This document shows, piece by piece, positions 9,574 to 19,351 of a stretch of DNA of 64,000 nt. The notes under the pieces are model-generated. The model was not told the DNA's origin, ran no database searches, and was given only the letters and a program-made list of their open reading frames with translations. The stretch lies in sequence record PQ478073.1; one strand, written 5' to 3'. The DNA is from a phage. Each line of letters starts with the position of its first letter. Positions within the stretch are counted from its first letter, which is position 1. Made by a program: the position numbers and the translations under genes.

Positions 9574-9951
9574 ATGGTAAACACTATTTTACTTTTGTTG
9601 TTGAATATTCCAATTATTCTGTCTTTTTTAATTTCTATTTTTATGGCAGGATATTGTTTAGTTGCAGTAATTCATTTCATTTTAACAAACAAATATGTCC
9701 TAATTTCTAAGCTTGATTCTATTTTTGCTTGCGATTCGATTGCTTATAACTTGTGGTTAATTTGTTCTTGCATTATGGGAGTAACTTTCCTTCTGTATGT
9801 ATTTGATGTCCTTGACCAAAAGTTCGTATACATCAGTACTGGATTGGCTCTTTATCCTGCTACGTGGTACTTGATTTACGTTGGTGATATATGGTATAGT
9901 ACTTATAAAGAATATCAGTACAAGAAATCACTTAACGTTGGAGGAAAATAA
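9574..9951 (+). CDS. membrane protein (125 aa)
   Basis: Hydrophobic multi-TM profile. Confidence 0.5.
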   Translation: MVNTILLLLLNIPIILSFLISIFMAGYCLVAVIHFILTNKYVLISKLDSIFACDSIAYNLWLICSCIMGVTFLLYVFDVLDQKFVYISTGLALYPATWYLIYVGDIWYSTYKEYQYKKSLNVGGK

Positions 9952-9953
9952 TC

Positions 9954-10304
9954 ATGAAAATTATTTTATTTTTTGTATGTATGTTAATGTGTGGATTGTC
10001 ATATGCTGAACCATTGGAAGGTTTAGTTTGTACAGATGGTAATATTAAACATATCTATCAAGGTGATAGTGACGATCGAGATATTGTATATATTGATGGA
10101 CAATCATATACGTTTGTTAAAGAGCATACAGTAGGCGACATTAGCTTCACTGAGTTTTCTAACGACACAGACCCTAACTTCTTAGCGTTTATTGAAGTAG
10201 ATGTATATGAAGATAGTAATGGCACACAATATGCTAAATTAGTTATGATGCGTCGTGGTGCTAAAGAAACTAGTTTTGGTGGCTTGTGTAAATATAAGGA
10301 TTGA
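9954..10304 (+). CDS. secreted protein (116 aa)
   Basis: GGAGG RBS; signal peptide ...CGLSYAEP. Confidence 0.55.
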   Translation: MKIILFFVCMLMCGLSYAEPLEGLVCTDGNIKHIYQGDSDDRDIVYIDGQSYTFVKEHTVGDISFTEFSNDTDPNFLAFIEVDVYEDSNGTQYAKLVMMRRGAKETSFGGLCKYKD

Positions 10305-10308
10305 TATT

Positions 10309-10500
10309 ATGTTGATTTATCAAAGTGATAATATTCGTGTTATGCAGCATCCCTACTTACAAATCTTTGATGTGCAGCAGTATATGGAAGGTGATGACCC
10401 AAGAACCTATGGTCGTAAGTATGATTACTTCACTGTAAAGCAGTGTAAAAATATTAACGAAGTACGACAATTAGTTCAAGAACTTCAAAACAAAGGTTGA
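10309..10500 (+). CDS. hypothetical protein (63 aa)
   Basis: ATG 10309 just after upstream stop; stop lies in terminator stem. Confidence 0.45.
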   Translation: MLIYQSDNIRVMQHPYLQIFDVQQYMEGDDPRTYGRKYDYFTVKQCKNINEVRQLVQELQNKG

Positions 10501-10526
10501 CTTCGGTCAGCCTTTTTTGTTATAAT
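10493..10526 (+). terminator. terminator hairpin GGTTGACTTCGGTCAGCC + T-run with embedded -35 and downstream TATAAT
   Basis: UUCG tetraloop stem plus T6; TTGACT 10497-10502, TATAAT 10521-10526. Confidence 0.7.
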
Positions 10527-10554
10527 TCTCTTAATAAATTAGAGGATTTTAATT

Positions 10555-10995
10555 ATGTATGTATATCGTTTTGAACTTAAATTTAGTTACATTGAACCTA
10601 ACTTAGATCCTGCACGAACTGTAGGTCCGTTTGCACGGTATTCAACTAGATACAGTACTAAAAATGGATTTGACCGTTTGCTTATGACTACACCTTCTCA
10701 ATTCCAACCTGAACCAACTGAGGATGGGATCTATTCAATCAAAAGTGGATGGGTATTTGGCTGTCAAAGTTTGAAAGATTTGTTCAGATTCTTCACTATG
10801 GACTTGGGTAAATTGCATCGTGCTGGGTTTGCTATATCTGTATATGAAGTTCCAGACCACCATGTAGACATTGGTCGTAATCAGGTTCAGTACTATTGCG
10901 GTAGTGCTAAATTAGTTCGTATCATGTCAGTTAAGGAAGCAAAGGATGAGTTCCGACAAAGTAAAAGAGAAACACATGAGGTAATATATGGATAA
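10555..10995 (+). CDS. hypothetical protein (146 aa)
   Basis: ORF track; GAGGA RBS. Confidence 0.55.
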   Translation: MYVYRFELKFSYIEPNLDPARTVGPFARYSTRYSTKNGFDRLLMTTPSQFQPEPTEDGIYSIKSGWVFGCQSLKDLFRFFTMDLGKLHRAGFAISVYEVPDHHVDIGRNQVQYYCGSAKLVRIMSVKEAKDEFRQSKRETHEVIYG

Positions 10996-11332
10996 AACTC
11001 AAATAGAATTAAAGAAATTTGTTTCATTCTATTTTCCTGATGACCCACGTAATTCACAAAAAGATATTGAATATTATAATATCCTATCTAAACAGTTAAT
11101 GAGAAAGTTTCAACAGTGTTTAACTATATTCAATACAGATGGAAGACGTAGATACCGAATCGTTTCAATGAATGATGAAAACGCAAATTTCTTTGATTAC
11201 GATGTAGTTTTTAGAGCATATAATGATGATCGTATAAAATTAAATTATGATCAAATTATACTTGACCTGAATGTTATATGTGTTATAATCACTCACGTAG
11301 CCGAACTTAATGGTTTTAAAGAATGGTATTGA
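10988..11332 (+). CDS. hypothetical protein (114 aa)
   Basis: ORF track. Confidence 0.5.
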   Translation: MDKTQIELKKFVSFYFPDDPRNSQKDIEYYNILSKQLMRKFQQCLTIFNTDGRRRYRIVSMNDENANFFDYDVVFRAYNDDRIKLNYDQIILDLNVICVIITHVAELNGFKEWY

Positions 11333-11346
11333 ATAGAGGATAACAT

Positions 11347-11613
11347 ATGAAGCTTAAATTACAATATAATGGATTTACTTTACGTAATGATACTGAATTT
11401 ATTAATCGTTCTCCTGGTGCTGAACTGTTTTTACGAGAGATGAACATTCCTTTCATCATTACTACAGTGGGCGACCGTGAAGTTCTACAATATGCAGAGC
11501 ATCCGATTATTGATGTTCCTTGGTACTCTGAGCATATGTACATGGATATGGCACGTCGCTACAACTGTAAGTTCGTAGTTGAAGGTGATAAAATTACAGT
11601 CGAATTTAAATAA
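11347..11613 (+). CDS. hypothetical protein (88 aa)
   Basis: ORF track; GAGGA RBS. Confidence 0.5.
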   Translation: MKLKLQYNGFTLRNDTEFINRSPGAELFLREMNIPFIITTVGDREVLQYAEHPIIDVPWYSEHMYMDMARRYNCKFVVEGDKITVEFK

Positions 11614-11625
11614 GGTAAATTAAAA

Positions 11626-11919
11626 ATGATCAGTACTTCAGTTAATGAAAGCATCGTCGCTGACGTAGAAATGGTTAAAGAATGTGCAGATGAAACTCTT
11701 CGTGATATGTACATTAATGATTTAATTACTGAATACGGTAGTCGTGGTGTACACGAATTTATTCGTTTAAGTGGAGAGTTGATGAAAAATCGAATTCGTA
11801 TGAAGCTTAACGTACATCCAAAAGCATGGGCATTTACATTAAAATACGCAGAAGATATTGTGAATTTGCGTCGAACTGAAGTATATGAACGTTTGCACAA
11901 TGGTATGTTAGATAAATGA
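11626..11919 (+). CDS. hypothetical protein (97 aa)
   Basis: ORF track. Confidence 0.5.
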   Translation: MISTSVNESIVADVEMVKECADETLRDMYINDLITEYGSRGVHEFIRLSGELMKNRIRMKLNVHPKAWAFTLKYAEDIVNLRRTEVYERLHNGMLDK

Positions 11920-11925
11920 TTGTAA

Positions 11926-11957
11926 AAAAGGAATTCTTAAATGAATTCCTTTTTGTT
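11926..11957. terminator. bidirectional terminator hairpin
   Basis: AAAAGGAATTC-ttaaat-GAATTCCTTTT, A-run and T-run flanks. Confidence 0.6.
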
Positions 11958-11971
11958 TATAAGGTATAGTA

Positions 11972-12193
11972 ATGAAATATATAGTACTTGTACTGATATT
12001 ATTCAGTACTGTTGTAAGTGCTAAACAAAAAGAATATGTTAAATGTATAAATTATGAAGAGAAATATGTTGAAACATATAAAAAAAGTATAATTAAAAAC
12101 GTTTCGATTACTAACAGAGCAACAATCATTGTACTTAAAAATGGGTTAATTATGCTATATAAACCACACGTTAAATGTGAAATTATTAATTGA
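11972..12193 (+). CDS. secreted protein (73 aa)
   Basis: Signal peptide MKYIVLVLILFSTVVSA. Confidence 0.5.
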   Translation: MKYIVLVLILFSTVVSAKQKEYVKCINYEEKYVETYKKSIIKNVSITNRATIIVLKNGLIMLYKPHVKCEIIN

Positions 12194-12200
12194 GGAAATT

Positions 12201-12773
12201 ATGAATCGTAAAGGTCGTTTTAAAGTATCAAAAAAGAACAAAAGTTCTAGGTTTAAACCTATTGTTTTAACAGTTAAATCTAACAAAGAATTAACTGCAC
12301 TTAGTAAAAAGATAATTTCATCTAAGATTGAAGTATCATACGTAAATTCATTAAAATATATGAATGTCAAACCACTGGACCAACTCATTTCACTTATATT
12401 TGAACGTAATGATTTTGAGATATCAGTAGATGATTATAGAGCCTATAATGCTGGTTTCATTAATGTTACTTGTAATAAAAAACTAACTGAGTTGGAAAAT
12501 TTGTCATGTATAATAAATCTAGATAAAGGTGTTGTGAAGTACCATTTTGTACATTTCACTAATATCAATAATGGAATGGGTGTACAATCCAGACCTATAG
12601 TGCCTACGTGTGATGTTACTAAATTAGCAAAGCTCAATGATGAAGAATATTTTCAAGAAAGCATTGTAACTGAGCATTTAGATGATATAATAGCTACTTA
12701 CAAAGAATGCATATGGGTGTTGAATGCTATAAAACCTAAATTGTGTTTAATGAATATTGTTCGTGATTTATGA
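12201..12773 (+). CDS. hypothetical protein (190 aa)
   Basis: ATG 12201 with GAGGA RBS. Confidence 0.55.
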   Translation: MNRKGRFKVSKKNKSSRFKPIVLTVKSNKELTALSKKIISSKIEVSYVNSLKYMNVKPLDQLISLIFERNDFEISVDDYRAYNAGFINVTCNKKLTELENLSCIINLDKGVVKYHFVHFTNINNGMGVQSRPIVPTCDVTKLAKLNDEEYFQESIVTEHLDDIIATYKECIWVLNAIKPKLCLMNIVRDL

Positions 12774-12786
12774 ATGGGGAATCGTA

Positions 12787-13230
12787 ATGAGTTGGGTAAA
12801 TGTTAATAGTATTGAACTTAACGAACAAGATATTTTTGCATTTGTAAATTTAACTAATAACACAGTACTAAAAGGGCGTTTGTTCAGTGCTAGTGATGGG
12901 TACAAATGGATCTCTTTGATGGATGATAGTGGTGTGATTTATAATGTAATGCAATTACCCCAATGGGTATATAGTAACACTGCTGACGATGTTCTTACCG
13001 CAGTTATGCGTGAGTTTGAAAAACTCCCAGGTGGTGATATCAAAAACAAAGTTTTTAATGCAGAACGTAAAAATTATACAGCACAGCAGTTGGAATCCCT
13101 TGCCATTGCTGCTTATCAAGCTGCTATTAAGAAGCCAGAGTGCGTTATTCTTAAGTATGTACCAGACTTAAAACTTACGTTGGAAGACATGGATGCATTC
13201 ATTTTTACATCTGAACTTGATCAGTACTAA
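12787..13230 (+). CDS. hypothetical protein (147 aa)
   Basis: Internal ATG of track ORF 12757..13230. Confidence 0.5.
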   Translation: MSWVNVNSIELNEQDIFAFVNLTNNTVLKGRLFSASDGYKWISLMDDSGVIYNVMQLPQWVYSNTADDVLTAVMREFEKLPGGDIKNKVFNAERKNYTAQQLESLAIAAYQAAIKKPECVILKYVPDLKLTLEDMDAFIFTSELDQY

Positions 13231-13345
13231 TTTAACTTTGGGACAACCATTCTTATTATGATATAATGTTTTATGTCATTCGATATAAATGACAACGGAA
13301 CTATAAATATTATAGTAAAATTTATCTCTTATAGGAGTTATAAAA

Positions 13346-13729
13346 ATGGTTGATAAATGGAATAAGAAAGATCCATCACATGATGTTGATATTTCTGGTC
13401 TAGACAATGCACATAAGCACAAGTATCTAGATTCACTAGGTCTTCTAAAACCAGACCAAAGTCTTGCACATGATCGTCCATCCCGTGAAAAAGCATTTAG
13501 CCTAGAATCACTAGGTCATGAGCTTAATCGTGTGTTTGAGGATCACCCAATCTATGTACGTGATATTATCGAGAAACTTAAAGTAACTCCTAAAGAGCAC
13601 TTTAAAGCAACTGTACACTCTGCATTCCGTGCATTACATGAATCTCTAAAGAAAACTCACAATCTTCGTAAAATTCATGATGAAATCGTGAATGCAATCG
13701 AAAGTGAAAAACATAAGTTCAAGAAGTAA
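13346..13729 (+). CDS. hypothetical protein (127 aa), N-terminal motif shared with 13976..15529
   Basis: AGGAG RBS; YLDSLGLLKPDQ resembles YVNSLGLLNATQ. Confidence 0.55.
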   Translation: MVDKWNKKDPSHDVDISGLDNAHKHKYLDSLGLLKPDQSLAHDRPSREKAFSLESLGHELNRVFEDHPIYVRDIIEKLKVTPKEHFKATVHSAFRALHESLKKTHNLRKIHDEIVNAIESEKHKFKK

Positions 13730-13735
13730 TAAAAA

Positions 13736-13763
13736 GGGGTTGACTAAGGTCAGCCCTTTGTTG
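13736..13763 (+). terminator. terminator (GGGTTGAC-TAAG-GTCAGCCC variant)
   Basis: Stem-loop followed by TTTGTTG. Confidence 0.55.
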
Positions 13764-13798
13764 TATCATAACTTCTCAATATAACTGAGGTATCATAT

Positions 13799-13912
13799 AT
13801 GCAAGGTTTGAAATTTGTAGTTGCTGCACTCATCGCCGCAGTACTGGTTGGTGGTGTATTCTATGTAGTGGATCAAAAAGTAAATCCACCTGCACAAGAA
13901 CAATCTAAGTAA
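13799..13912 (+). CDS. small membrane protein (37 aa)
   Basis: GAGG RBS; single TM; bracketed by two terminators; not in ORF track. Confidence 0.4.
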   Translation: MQGLKFVVAALIAAVLVGGVFYVVDQKVNPPAQEQSK

Positions 13913-13920
13913 CAAAATAA

Positions 13921-13946
13921 GGTTGACTTCGGTCAGCCTTTTCTTT
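13921..13946 (+). terminator. terminator GGTTGACTTCGGTCAGCC + T-run
   Basis: Hairpin family copy. Confidence 0.7.
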
Positions 13947-13975
13947 ATACTATAAATATAGTCATAGAGAAAAAA

Positions 13976-15529
13976 ATGAAATCTATGGAGAGAAATCAAA
14001 TGCCAAGTAATTTTACTGATAAAAATGGTGGTAACATGGCTGGTCACTCTGATAAATGGAGTGAACGCAACCGCCGTCCAAATAGTTATCAAGCAGGTCA
14101 AGGTTCACGTGGGTCACGTAATCAAGGAACTGGTCTAGCTGGTAAAGCAAACGCAGAAGCAGGTGAAGTTAAGAGTACTGAGAACATGACTGAGCTAGAA
14201 AAGCTACGTTATGTTAATTCATTGGGACTTCTTAATGCTACACAAAAACAACGTCTAGCTGATATGGAACGTGAAGAAAAAGAAAAGTCTGCTCCTGCGA
14301 AAGAAGAACCAAAACAAGAAGCACCAAAGGCGGTTAACCCTGTCAAAGAACTGTCTGATAAGTTAGGTAAGATTTTTGCTAATAAACCACAACTTATCCA
14401 AGGTATTGTGAAAGAATTGCAATCTGTACCTAAAGAAGAATTAAAAGTCAAAGCACAAGCTGTACTTGATGCAATGAGTGGAAATACCAGTACTGAACCA
14501 ACTGAAGTATTCAGTACTATAATGCGTGCACTTGAAGGTACGCAACAAGGTGATGTGCCTGCACAAGAGGAAGTAAGTCTTGAAAGCGTACTTAAAACAT
14601 TTGATAGTATTGGTAAAGAAGACCGTGCTAATGCTCAACAAGTTAAGAATGTACTAGCTAAGTTAGAAAACCGTCTGGAAGGCAAAGACGATAAGATTAA
14701 ATTAGTATCTGATGCAGTTAACGATGCACTTAAATCTTATGTACAAGGTGAAAAGAGTCGTTTTGTAACTGCAATGGATGCTGCATTCAATACTATGAAA
14801 AAGTATGAAGCTGATCATGGTGAGAAGGTTACACGAGATGGTTATCTGATGCGTGATGATGAAGAAGGTGCAGTTGACCAGAAAGATGCTGAAACATCTC
14901 ATGATGATTTACCTGATACTGTTGATATGGATGGTTACATTCATCGTCCAGAAATGGGAGAGTTTGGTTCTGACAAAGAAGGATTTGAACATGCAATGGC
15001 AGTGTACAAAGCTCTCGTGGACAATCCAGATTATGCCAACCGATTTGTAGATGAGTTTGATAGTGCATGGAACAACTACAAAGACAAAGGTTATGACTTC
15101 CCTGCTGAGGCAGCATTCTTTGAACTTGGTAAACTATTAGCTAAACATGGAATTGATGTAGGTTCTAAAGATGGTACTGATACTGATGGCATGGAAGCAG
15201 AATTGGCTAAAGATCGTGAAATGAACGACAACTCCATTCATGAACTCCAAAAGCTAATGATGTGGATATCCGATATTGGTAAAAAAGCTGGTGCTGATAA
15301 TAAGAGTATCAACAAAAACATTAGTTGGATTAAAAGTAATGTTGGTAAAAATGCTCGTAAACTACAAAAAGCATGGACTGATTTAGTAAATGGTGCTGAT
15401 GATGTTGACATTGAATCACCTGAAGCATACGAATATGCATTAACTACTCTTGATAATTCCTTTAAAGATTACGATAACGGTAACGTAACTCCTTGGGAAA
15501 AGGACATCATGAGCAAATACGGTAAATGA
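13976..15529 (+). CDS. large acidic/lysine-rich protein (517 aa), unknown function
   Basis: Longest ORF in the block; low-complexity charged composition. Confidence 0.65.
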   Translation: MKSMERNQMPSNFTDKNGGNMAGHSDKWSERNRRPNSYQAGQGSRGSRNQGTGLAGKANAEAGEVKSTENMTELEKLRYVNSLGLLNATQKQRLADMEREEKEKSAPAKEEPKQEAPKAVNPVKELSDKLGKIFANKPQLIQGIVKELQSVPKEELKVKAQAVLDAMSGNTSTEPTEVFSTIMRALEGTQQGDVPAQEEVSLESVLKTFDSIGKEDRANAQQVKNVLAKLENRLEGKDDKIKLVSDAVNDALKSYVQGEKSRFVTAMDAAFNTMKKYEADHGEKVTRDGYLMRDDEEGAVDQKDAETSHDDLPDTVDMDGYIHRPEMGEFGSDKEGFEHAMAVYKALVDNPDYANRFVDEFDSAWNNYKDKGYDFPAEAAFFELGKLLAKHGIDVGSKDGTDTDGMEAELAKDREMNDNSIHELQKLMMWISDIGKKAGADNKSINKNISWIKSNVGKNARKLQKAWTDLVNGADDVDIESPEAYEYALTTLDNSFKDYDNGNVTPWEKDIMSKYGK

Positions 15530-15539
15530 TAAAACAAAA

Positions 15540-15564
15540 GGTTGACTTCGGTCAGCCTTTTTTT
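15540..15564 (+). terminator. terminator GGTTGACTTCGGTCAGCC + T7
   Basis: Hairpin family copy. Confidence 0.7.
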
Positions 15565-15600
15565 GTAAATACAAAAGAGGAATTAAGAAGAGGGATTACA

Positions 15601-15852
15601 ATGAAAAAATATATTATATTTGGAATTGTATTATTTTCCAGTACTGCTTATGGTGCAGATTATCATTGCTCCGTAGCAAGGCAGGATTTCAGAAATGGGG
15701 AGTTCTATACTACCTCATACACAAAAGGAATAATACACGACACCGACAGAACTATTGGATTTAATGCGTTTGACAACAAAGATTCATATACTTCAGGTAT
15801 ACTATCTGAGCGTAAGACTGATGTAATGGGAATAGAAAAAGAGTTCCGGTGA
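15601..15852 (+). CDS. secreted protein (83 aa)
   Basis: ATG 15601 with GAGG RBS; signal peptide ...SSTAYGADY. Confidence 0.5.
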   Translation: MKKYIIFGIVLFSSTAYGADYHCSVARQDFRNGEFYTTSYTKGIIHDTDRTIGFNAFDNKDSYTSGILSERKTDVMGIEKEFR

Positions 15853-15862
15853 TTCAGTAGCA

Positions 15863-16186
15863 ATGTGCAATGACATTGAAAGTACCAAAACAATTTATTA
15901 TAATAATGAACGTAACTATCGTTTTCATAATTTAACCACAAATAAAAGTTTACTATTTTACAATTGTAAAGAAGTAATACTCCCATCAGACAATAGCTGT
16001 ACTCCAACTAATCAACCCTCAGCACAATGTAATACTCCCTCTGAACCTGATAAAAATAAAAAAGACAAAGATAAAGATAAAAAAGAAGACAAAAAACCTT
16101 TAAAAGATAAAAAGAAAGATAAAAAACCTAATCCGTTTAAAAATAATAAACCAGCACAACCCGATATGACGTGTAAAATAAAATAA
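15863..16186 (+). CDS. protein with lysine/aspartate-rich repetitive C-terminus
   Basis: ORF track; KKDKDKDKKEDKKPLKDKKKDKK tract; no clear RBS. Confidence 0.35.
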   Translation: MCNDIESTKTIYYNNERNYRFHNLTTNKSLLFYNCKEVILPSDNSCTPTNQPSAQCNTPSEPDKNKKDKDKDKKEDKKPLKDKKKDKKPNPFKNNKPAQPDMTCKIK

Positions 16187-16195
16187 GGATATATA

Positions 16196-16321
16196 ATGAA
16201 AAAGATTTTTTAAGTATTATTTTAGTACTTTTTAGTTTTAATGTATATGCAACAGATGCTAAACAGGTTGCAAATACAGTAAAAGATGTTATAGTAGATA
16301 ATGCTCCTACATTAGAGGAAT
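16196..16321 (+). pseudogene. small secreted protein interrupted at a T6 homopolymer
   Basis: ATG 16196 with RBS reads MKKIF then stop; one extra T restores a 41-aa signal-peptide ORF. Confidence 0.3.
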
Positions 16322-16376
16322 TGGGGTAAAAACTTGTGATATAGTAATATATAATTTAGTTAATGATGAACGAGTT

Positions 16377-16613
16377 ATGTTGAATACGTATGAACAAGTA
16401 GTCCCATTGGTTGAATCTGGTGATGCTTTTAGCTTTACATATAAAGTTAAATTAACAGGAGGGGTTGAAGTTAATCTTGACATTGATACCGCTTCAGTAC
16501 TAAAAGATAAACTAGGATATGTGTTCAATCGTATTCGTGAAGAAGGTCATCTTAAGTATGTTTATGAAAGTAAAATACTAAAATGTGCAATAGTTATAGA
16601 AAACTGTAAATGA
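16377..16613 (+). CDS. hypothetical protein (78 aa)
   Basis: ORF track. Confidence 0.45.
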   Translation: MLNTYEQVVPLVESGDAFSFTYKVKLTGGVEVNLDIDTASVLKDKLGYVFNRIREEGHLKYVYESKILKCAIVIENCK

Positions 16614-16621
16614 TAATAAAA

Positions 16622-16646
16622 GGGTTGACTTCGGTCAGCCTTTTTT
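16622..16646 (+). terminator. terminator GGGTTGACTTCGGTCAGCC + T6
   Basis: Hairpin family copy. Confidence 0.7.
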
Positions 16647-16682
16647 GTTATGATGTTGATATTAACTACAGAGGATAAAGTA

Positions 16683-17324
16683 ATGACTAAGCAAGAAATA
16701 TTCAAAACTTTAATTGACATTTTGCGTCCATCAAAAACTCGTTGTGCGATGGAGTTTGATATTCCTTATGCTGAACGCGTAATCTTTCCACAAGTTAAAG
16801 CTGCTGGACTTACTTTGCTTGGAATGGGGATGTACTCTGTAGTAGTTGAACATAAAAACTATCCTGGGCGTGCATTTAAAGTAACCACTTCACGCTGGGA
16901 TGGTTTTCGTGCTTATGCAAAGTACTGCATTGAAAACGCAGGAACCAAGTTTCTTCCAGTGATCTACAGTGCCAACGAACAAGGAAACTTTGGATGGTAT
17001 GAGATGGACAAGTACTATCCTATAATTAAACAAAAAAATAATTATGATGACTTTGTTAGTACTAAAATTGGAGATTTGTATTCGTATGCACATGCTGGTC
17101 AGTACGCAACTTCAGTGAATGATATGCGTGGAAATTCTGAAGAGATTGCTATTGCAACGGTCGCTGCTAACATCATGAAAGAGTTTCACGGGCGTTTTGT
17201 ACCAGACATTCATTCAAGTAATGTGATGATGGATAAAGATGGGAATGTATTCATTACTGATCCTCTTTCGTGTGATGTGCGTAGAGAAATACCAATTACT
17301 GAAGAAGATCCAGTTTTTTATTGA
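16683..17324 (+). CDS. protein-kinase-like protein (213 aa)
   Basis: GAGGA RBS; catalytic-loop-like DIHSSNVMMDKDGNVFITD. Confidence 0.45.
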   Translation: MTKQEIFKTLIDILRPSKTRCAMEFDIPYAERVIFPQVKAAGLTLLGMGMYSVVVEHKNYPGRAFKVTTSRWDGFRAYAKYCIENAGTKFLPVIYSANEQGNFGWYEMDKYYPIIKQKNNYDDFVSTKIGDLYSYAHAGQYATSVNDMRGNSEEIAIATVAANIMKEFHGRFVPDIHSSNVMMDKDGNVFITDPLSCDVRREIPITEEDPVFY

Positions 17325-17385
17325 CAGAACTGATGTTCTGATGTATTCTTAATAAACCATAAAAATTGCGGTAAAGGATAAAATC

Positions 17386-17667
17386 ATGCGTTCATTTGAA
17401 AACTTAATAGGTAAGCATCTTTTATCTGAAATTGATGCAGACGTTAAAGAATTATCCAAATCAAAAAGTTACATTCATTTGGATGAACTGTTTATTAAGT
17501 ACGGTGAGATTGGTTTTAAGTCATTATTTGTTTTTACTATGAAAGTACATAGTTTAAAGTACTTCGATTTGAGTGCTAAAGATGGTGAACCGAATCTATA
17601 TTACATGTATTACCTTAAGAACAAAGATGAAGCTAATACATTACTCTCTGAATATATATTGGGGTAA
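17386..17667 (+). CDS. hypothetical protein (93 aa)
   Basis: AAAGGA RBS. Confidence 0.5.
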   Translation: MRSFENLIGKHLLSEIDADVKELSKSKSYIHLDELFIKYGEIGFKSLFVFTMKVHSLKYFDLSAKDGEPNLYYMYYLKNKDEANTLLSEYILG

Positions 17668-17669
17668 AA

Positions 17670-18008
17670 ATGGAACAATATTTTGAATTAATAAACAAAG
17701 TATCATTTTATGTAGTATCTTTGGTTTGGGTGTATTATATGTTTTGCTACATTATTGCATTCTTCCGATACACTACTTTATATGAACGTATCTACTATGA
17801 TGCCCCAATTTCATTCTTGATGTTTTGTGCATGTACGTGGGGAATATTAGAAGTACTGATATGTGGGTATAGTACTGATGAATTAAATCTGGTATCGGTC
17901 TTGACTGGGTTTTCATTTGTTGTTATGATAGCTGCCGTTCCAGTATGGTTGTTCTTTGGACTAGTTCATCGCATTGATATATGGCGTTCTAATATCCCTG
18001 AAAAGTAA
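17670..18008 (+). CDS. small multi-TM membrane protein, family M (112 aa)
   Basis: Hydrophobic; C-terminus RSNIPEK matches family tail. Confidence 0.55.
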   Translation: MEQYFELINKVSFYVVSLVWVYYMFCYIIAFFRYTTLYERIYYDAPISFLMFCACTWGILEVLICGYSTDELNLVSVLTGFSFVVMIAAVPVWLFFGLVHRIDIWRSNIPEK

Positions 18009-18017
18009 GGATTGGTA

Positions 18018-18359
18018 ATGATTTATTACACTAACATGTTTGCCTATGCTGTTGCTTGCATTTACATTGTTTACTTCTTATTCGGTGGAGTACTGTGCTT
18101 CTTTAAGTACAAAACGTTGTTCAACCGAATGTACCCAAATCATCCAATTGTAGTTGTACTTTTGATTCTTTCAGTTTCTCAAATAATCGTTGAAACTACA
18201 ATGGGTATCAGTAGTGTACATTATAGTTTTGGCACTATAGTAATTATTACTATGCTTATTGCATACATTTTAGTACTTGGATATGGTATCTTTGGTAATA
18301 TTGGTATGAAAATGTATCATCGAATTAAAACATTACGTGATAATCTACCGGAGCGTTGA
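18018..18359 (+). CDS. small multi-TM membrane protein, family M
   Basis: AAGGA RBS; C-terminus RDNLPER. Confidence 0.55.
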   Translation: MIYYTNMFAYAVACIYIVYFLFGGVLCFFKYKTLFNRMYPNHPIVVVLLILSVSQIIVETTMGISSVHYSFGTIVIITMLIAYILVLGYGIFGNIGMKMYHRIKTLRDNLPER

Positions 18360-18360
18360 T

Positions 18361-18705
18361 ATGTATAATTTGAACCTAATCTCATATATTATAACAACAC
18401 TGTTTACATTCTATGCCTTTGTTGGTATAATCCTACTGTACTTTAAATTTTATAAAGTGTTTAACCGTTTCTATCCTTCAATGGAGAATGAGTTTTTCTT
18501 TGTGTTGTACGTAGGTTACACATTAATGGCTACATGTTTCACTGTAGCCGATGGCGTCATCGGCATTAAAACTGATTCCCCAAATGGTAGTACGCTGGTT
18601 GCATTTATTCTTACTGGATTCCTTGCAACTTATATTGCCTTCATTACAACATGGTCAGTGGTTGAATTTCTCTTGCGACTACGAAAGAATATGCCGAATC
18701 GATAG
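18361..18705 (+). CDS. small multi-TM membrane protein, family M
   Basis: ATG 1 nt after upstream stop; C-terminus RKNMPNR. Confidence 0.55.
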   Translation: MYNLNLISYIITTLFTFYAFVGIILLYFKFYKVFNRFYPSMENEFFFVLYVGYTLMATCFTVADGVIGIKTDSPNGSTLVAFILTGFLATYIAFITTWSVVEFLLRLRKNMPNR

Positions 18706-18714
18706 GAGACATAT

Positions 18715-18969
18715 ATGTTTGCGTTGCGTAATAAAAACACTAAAGAATTATTATGTATTGATACCGTATGGGATTGTGCGGGATCAACTACAGTTCTTGA
18801 AGAAGGAACTGGATATTGCGTGTTTGTTGTTCATGATAGGAATGAACTCGAATTATTACTTGCTGAGTTCAATGCTGGTGGTAATCCTAACAGTACTGAA
18901 TACCCTGAGATTATCAATCCAGCACCACCAGGCTCTTATGAAATTCTACAACTGTGGGAGTTGAAGTAA
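18715..18969 (+). CDS. hypothetical protein (84 aa)
   Basis: AGGAG RBS. Confidence 0.5.
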   Translation: MFALRNKNTKELLCIDTVWDCAGSTTVLEEGTGYCVFVVHDRNELELLLAEFNAGGNPNSTEYPEIINPAPPGSYEILQLWELK

Positions 18970-19349
18970 TGCGTCAAATGCACAAAGTAACCGAGCTAAA
19001 CAAGCGTCTGGTTAAACAATCAATGTTCGAGGATAAAGAGTCTTATTATAACTTTAAACGTGCAGTAGAGGCTGCTATCCACATTCAGAAGCTTAAAGAA
19101 CGTGGTTGTATTATTCTGGAAAATGGTTCGGAAGTTGTAACGGATGACTTTAGTGTAGCGTTTGATGTTTCACCTGACGGGACGCTATCAATGCCCCGCT
19201 TAGGAACTGGAAACATGACTGTTTGGGTTGGCTTCACTATGGGGAATGTACCTGGTACTGTGTACGTAGATGATGCGGAATTGAAAGACAGTTTCAAAAA
19301 CTTATCTTATCTTGAACCACAATACGCACATGAAATGAATTTATTTTGA
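18969..19349 (+). CDS. hypothetical protein (126 aa)
   Basis: ATG 18969 with GGAG RBS. Confidence 0.5.
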   Translation: MRQMHKVTELNKRLVKQSMFEDKESYYNFKRAVEAAIHIQKLKERGCIILENGSEVVTDDFSVAFDVSPDGTLSMPRLGTGNMTVWVGFTMGNVPGTVYVDDAELKDSFKNLSYLEPQYAHEMNLF

Positions 19350-19351
19350 GT

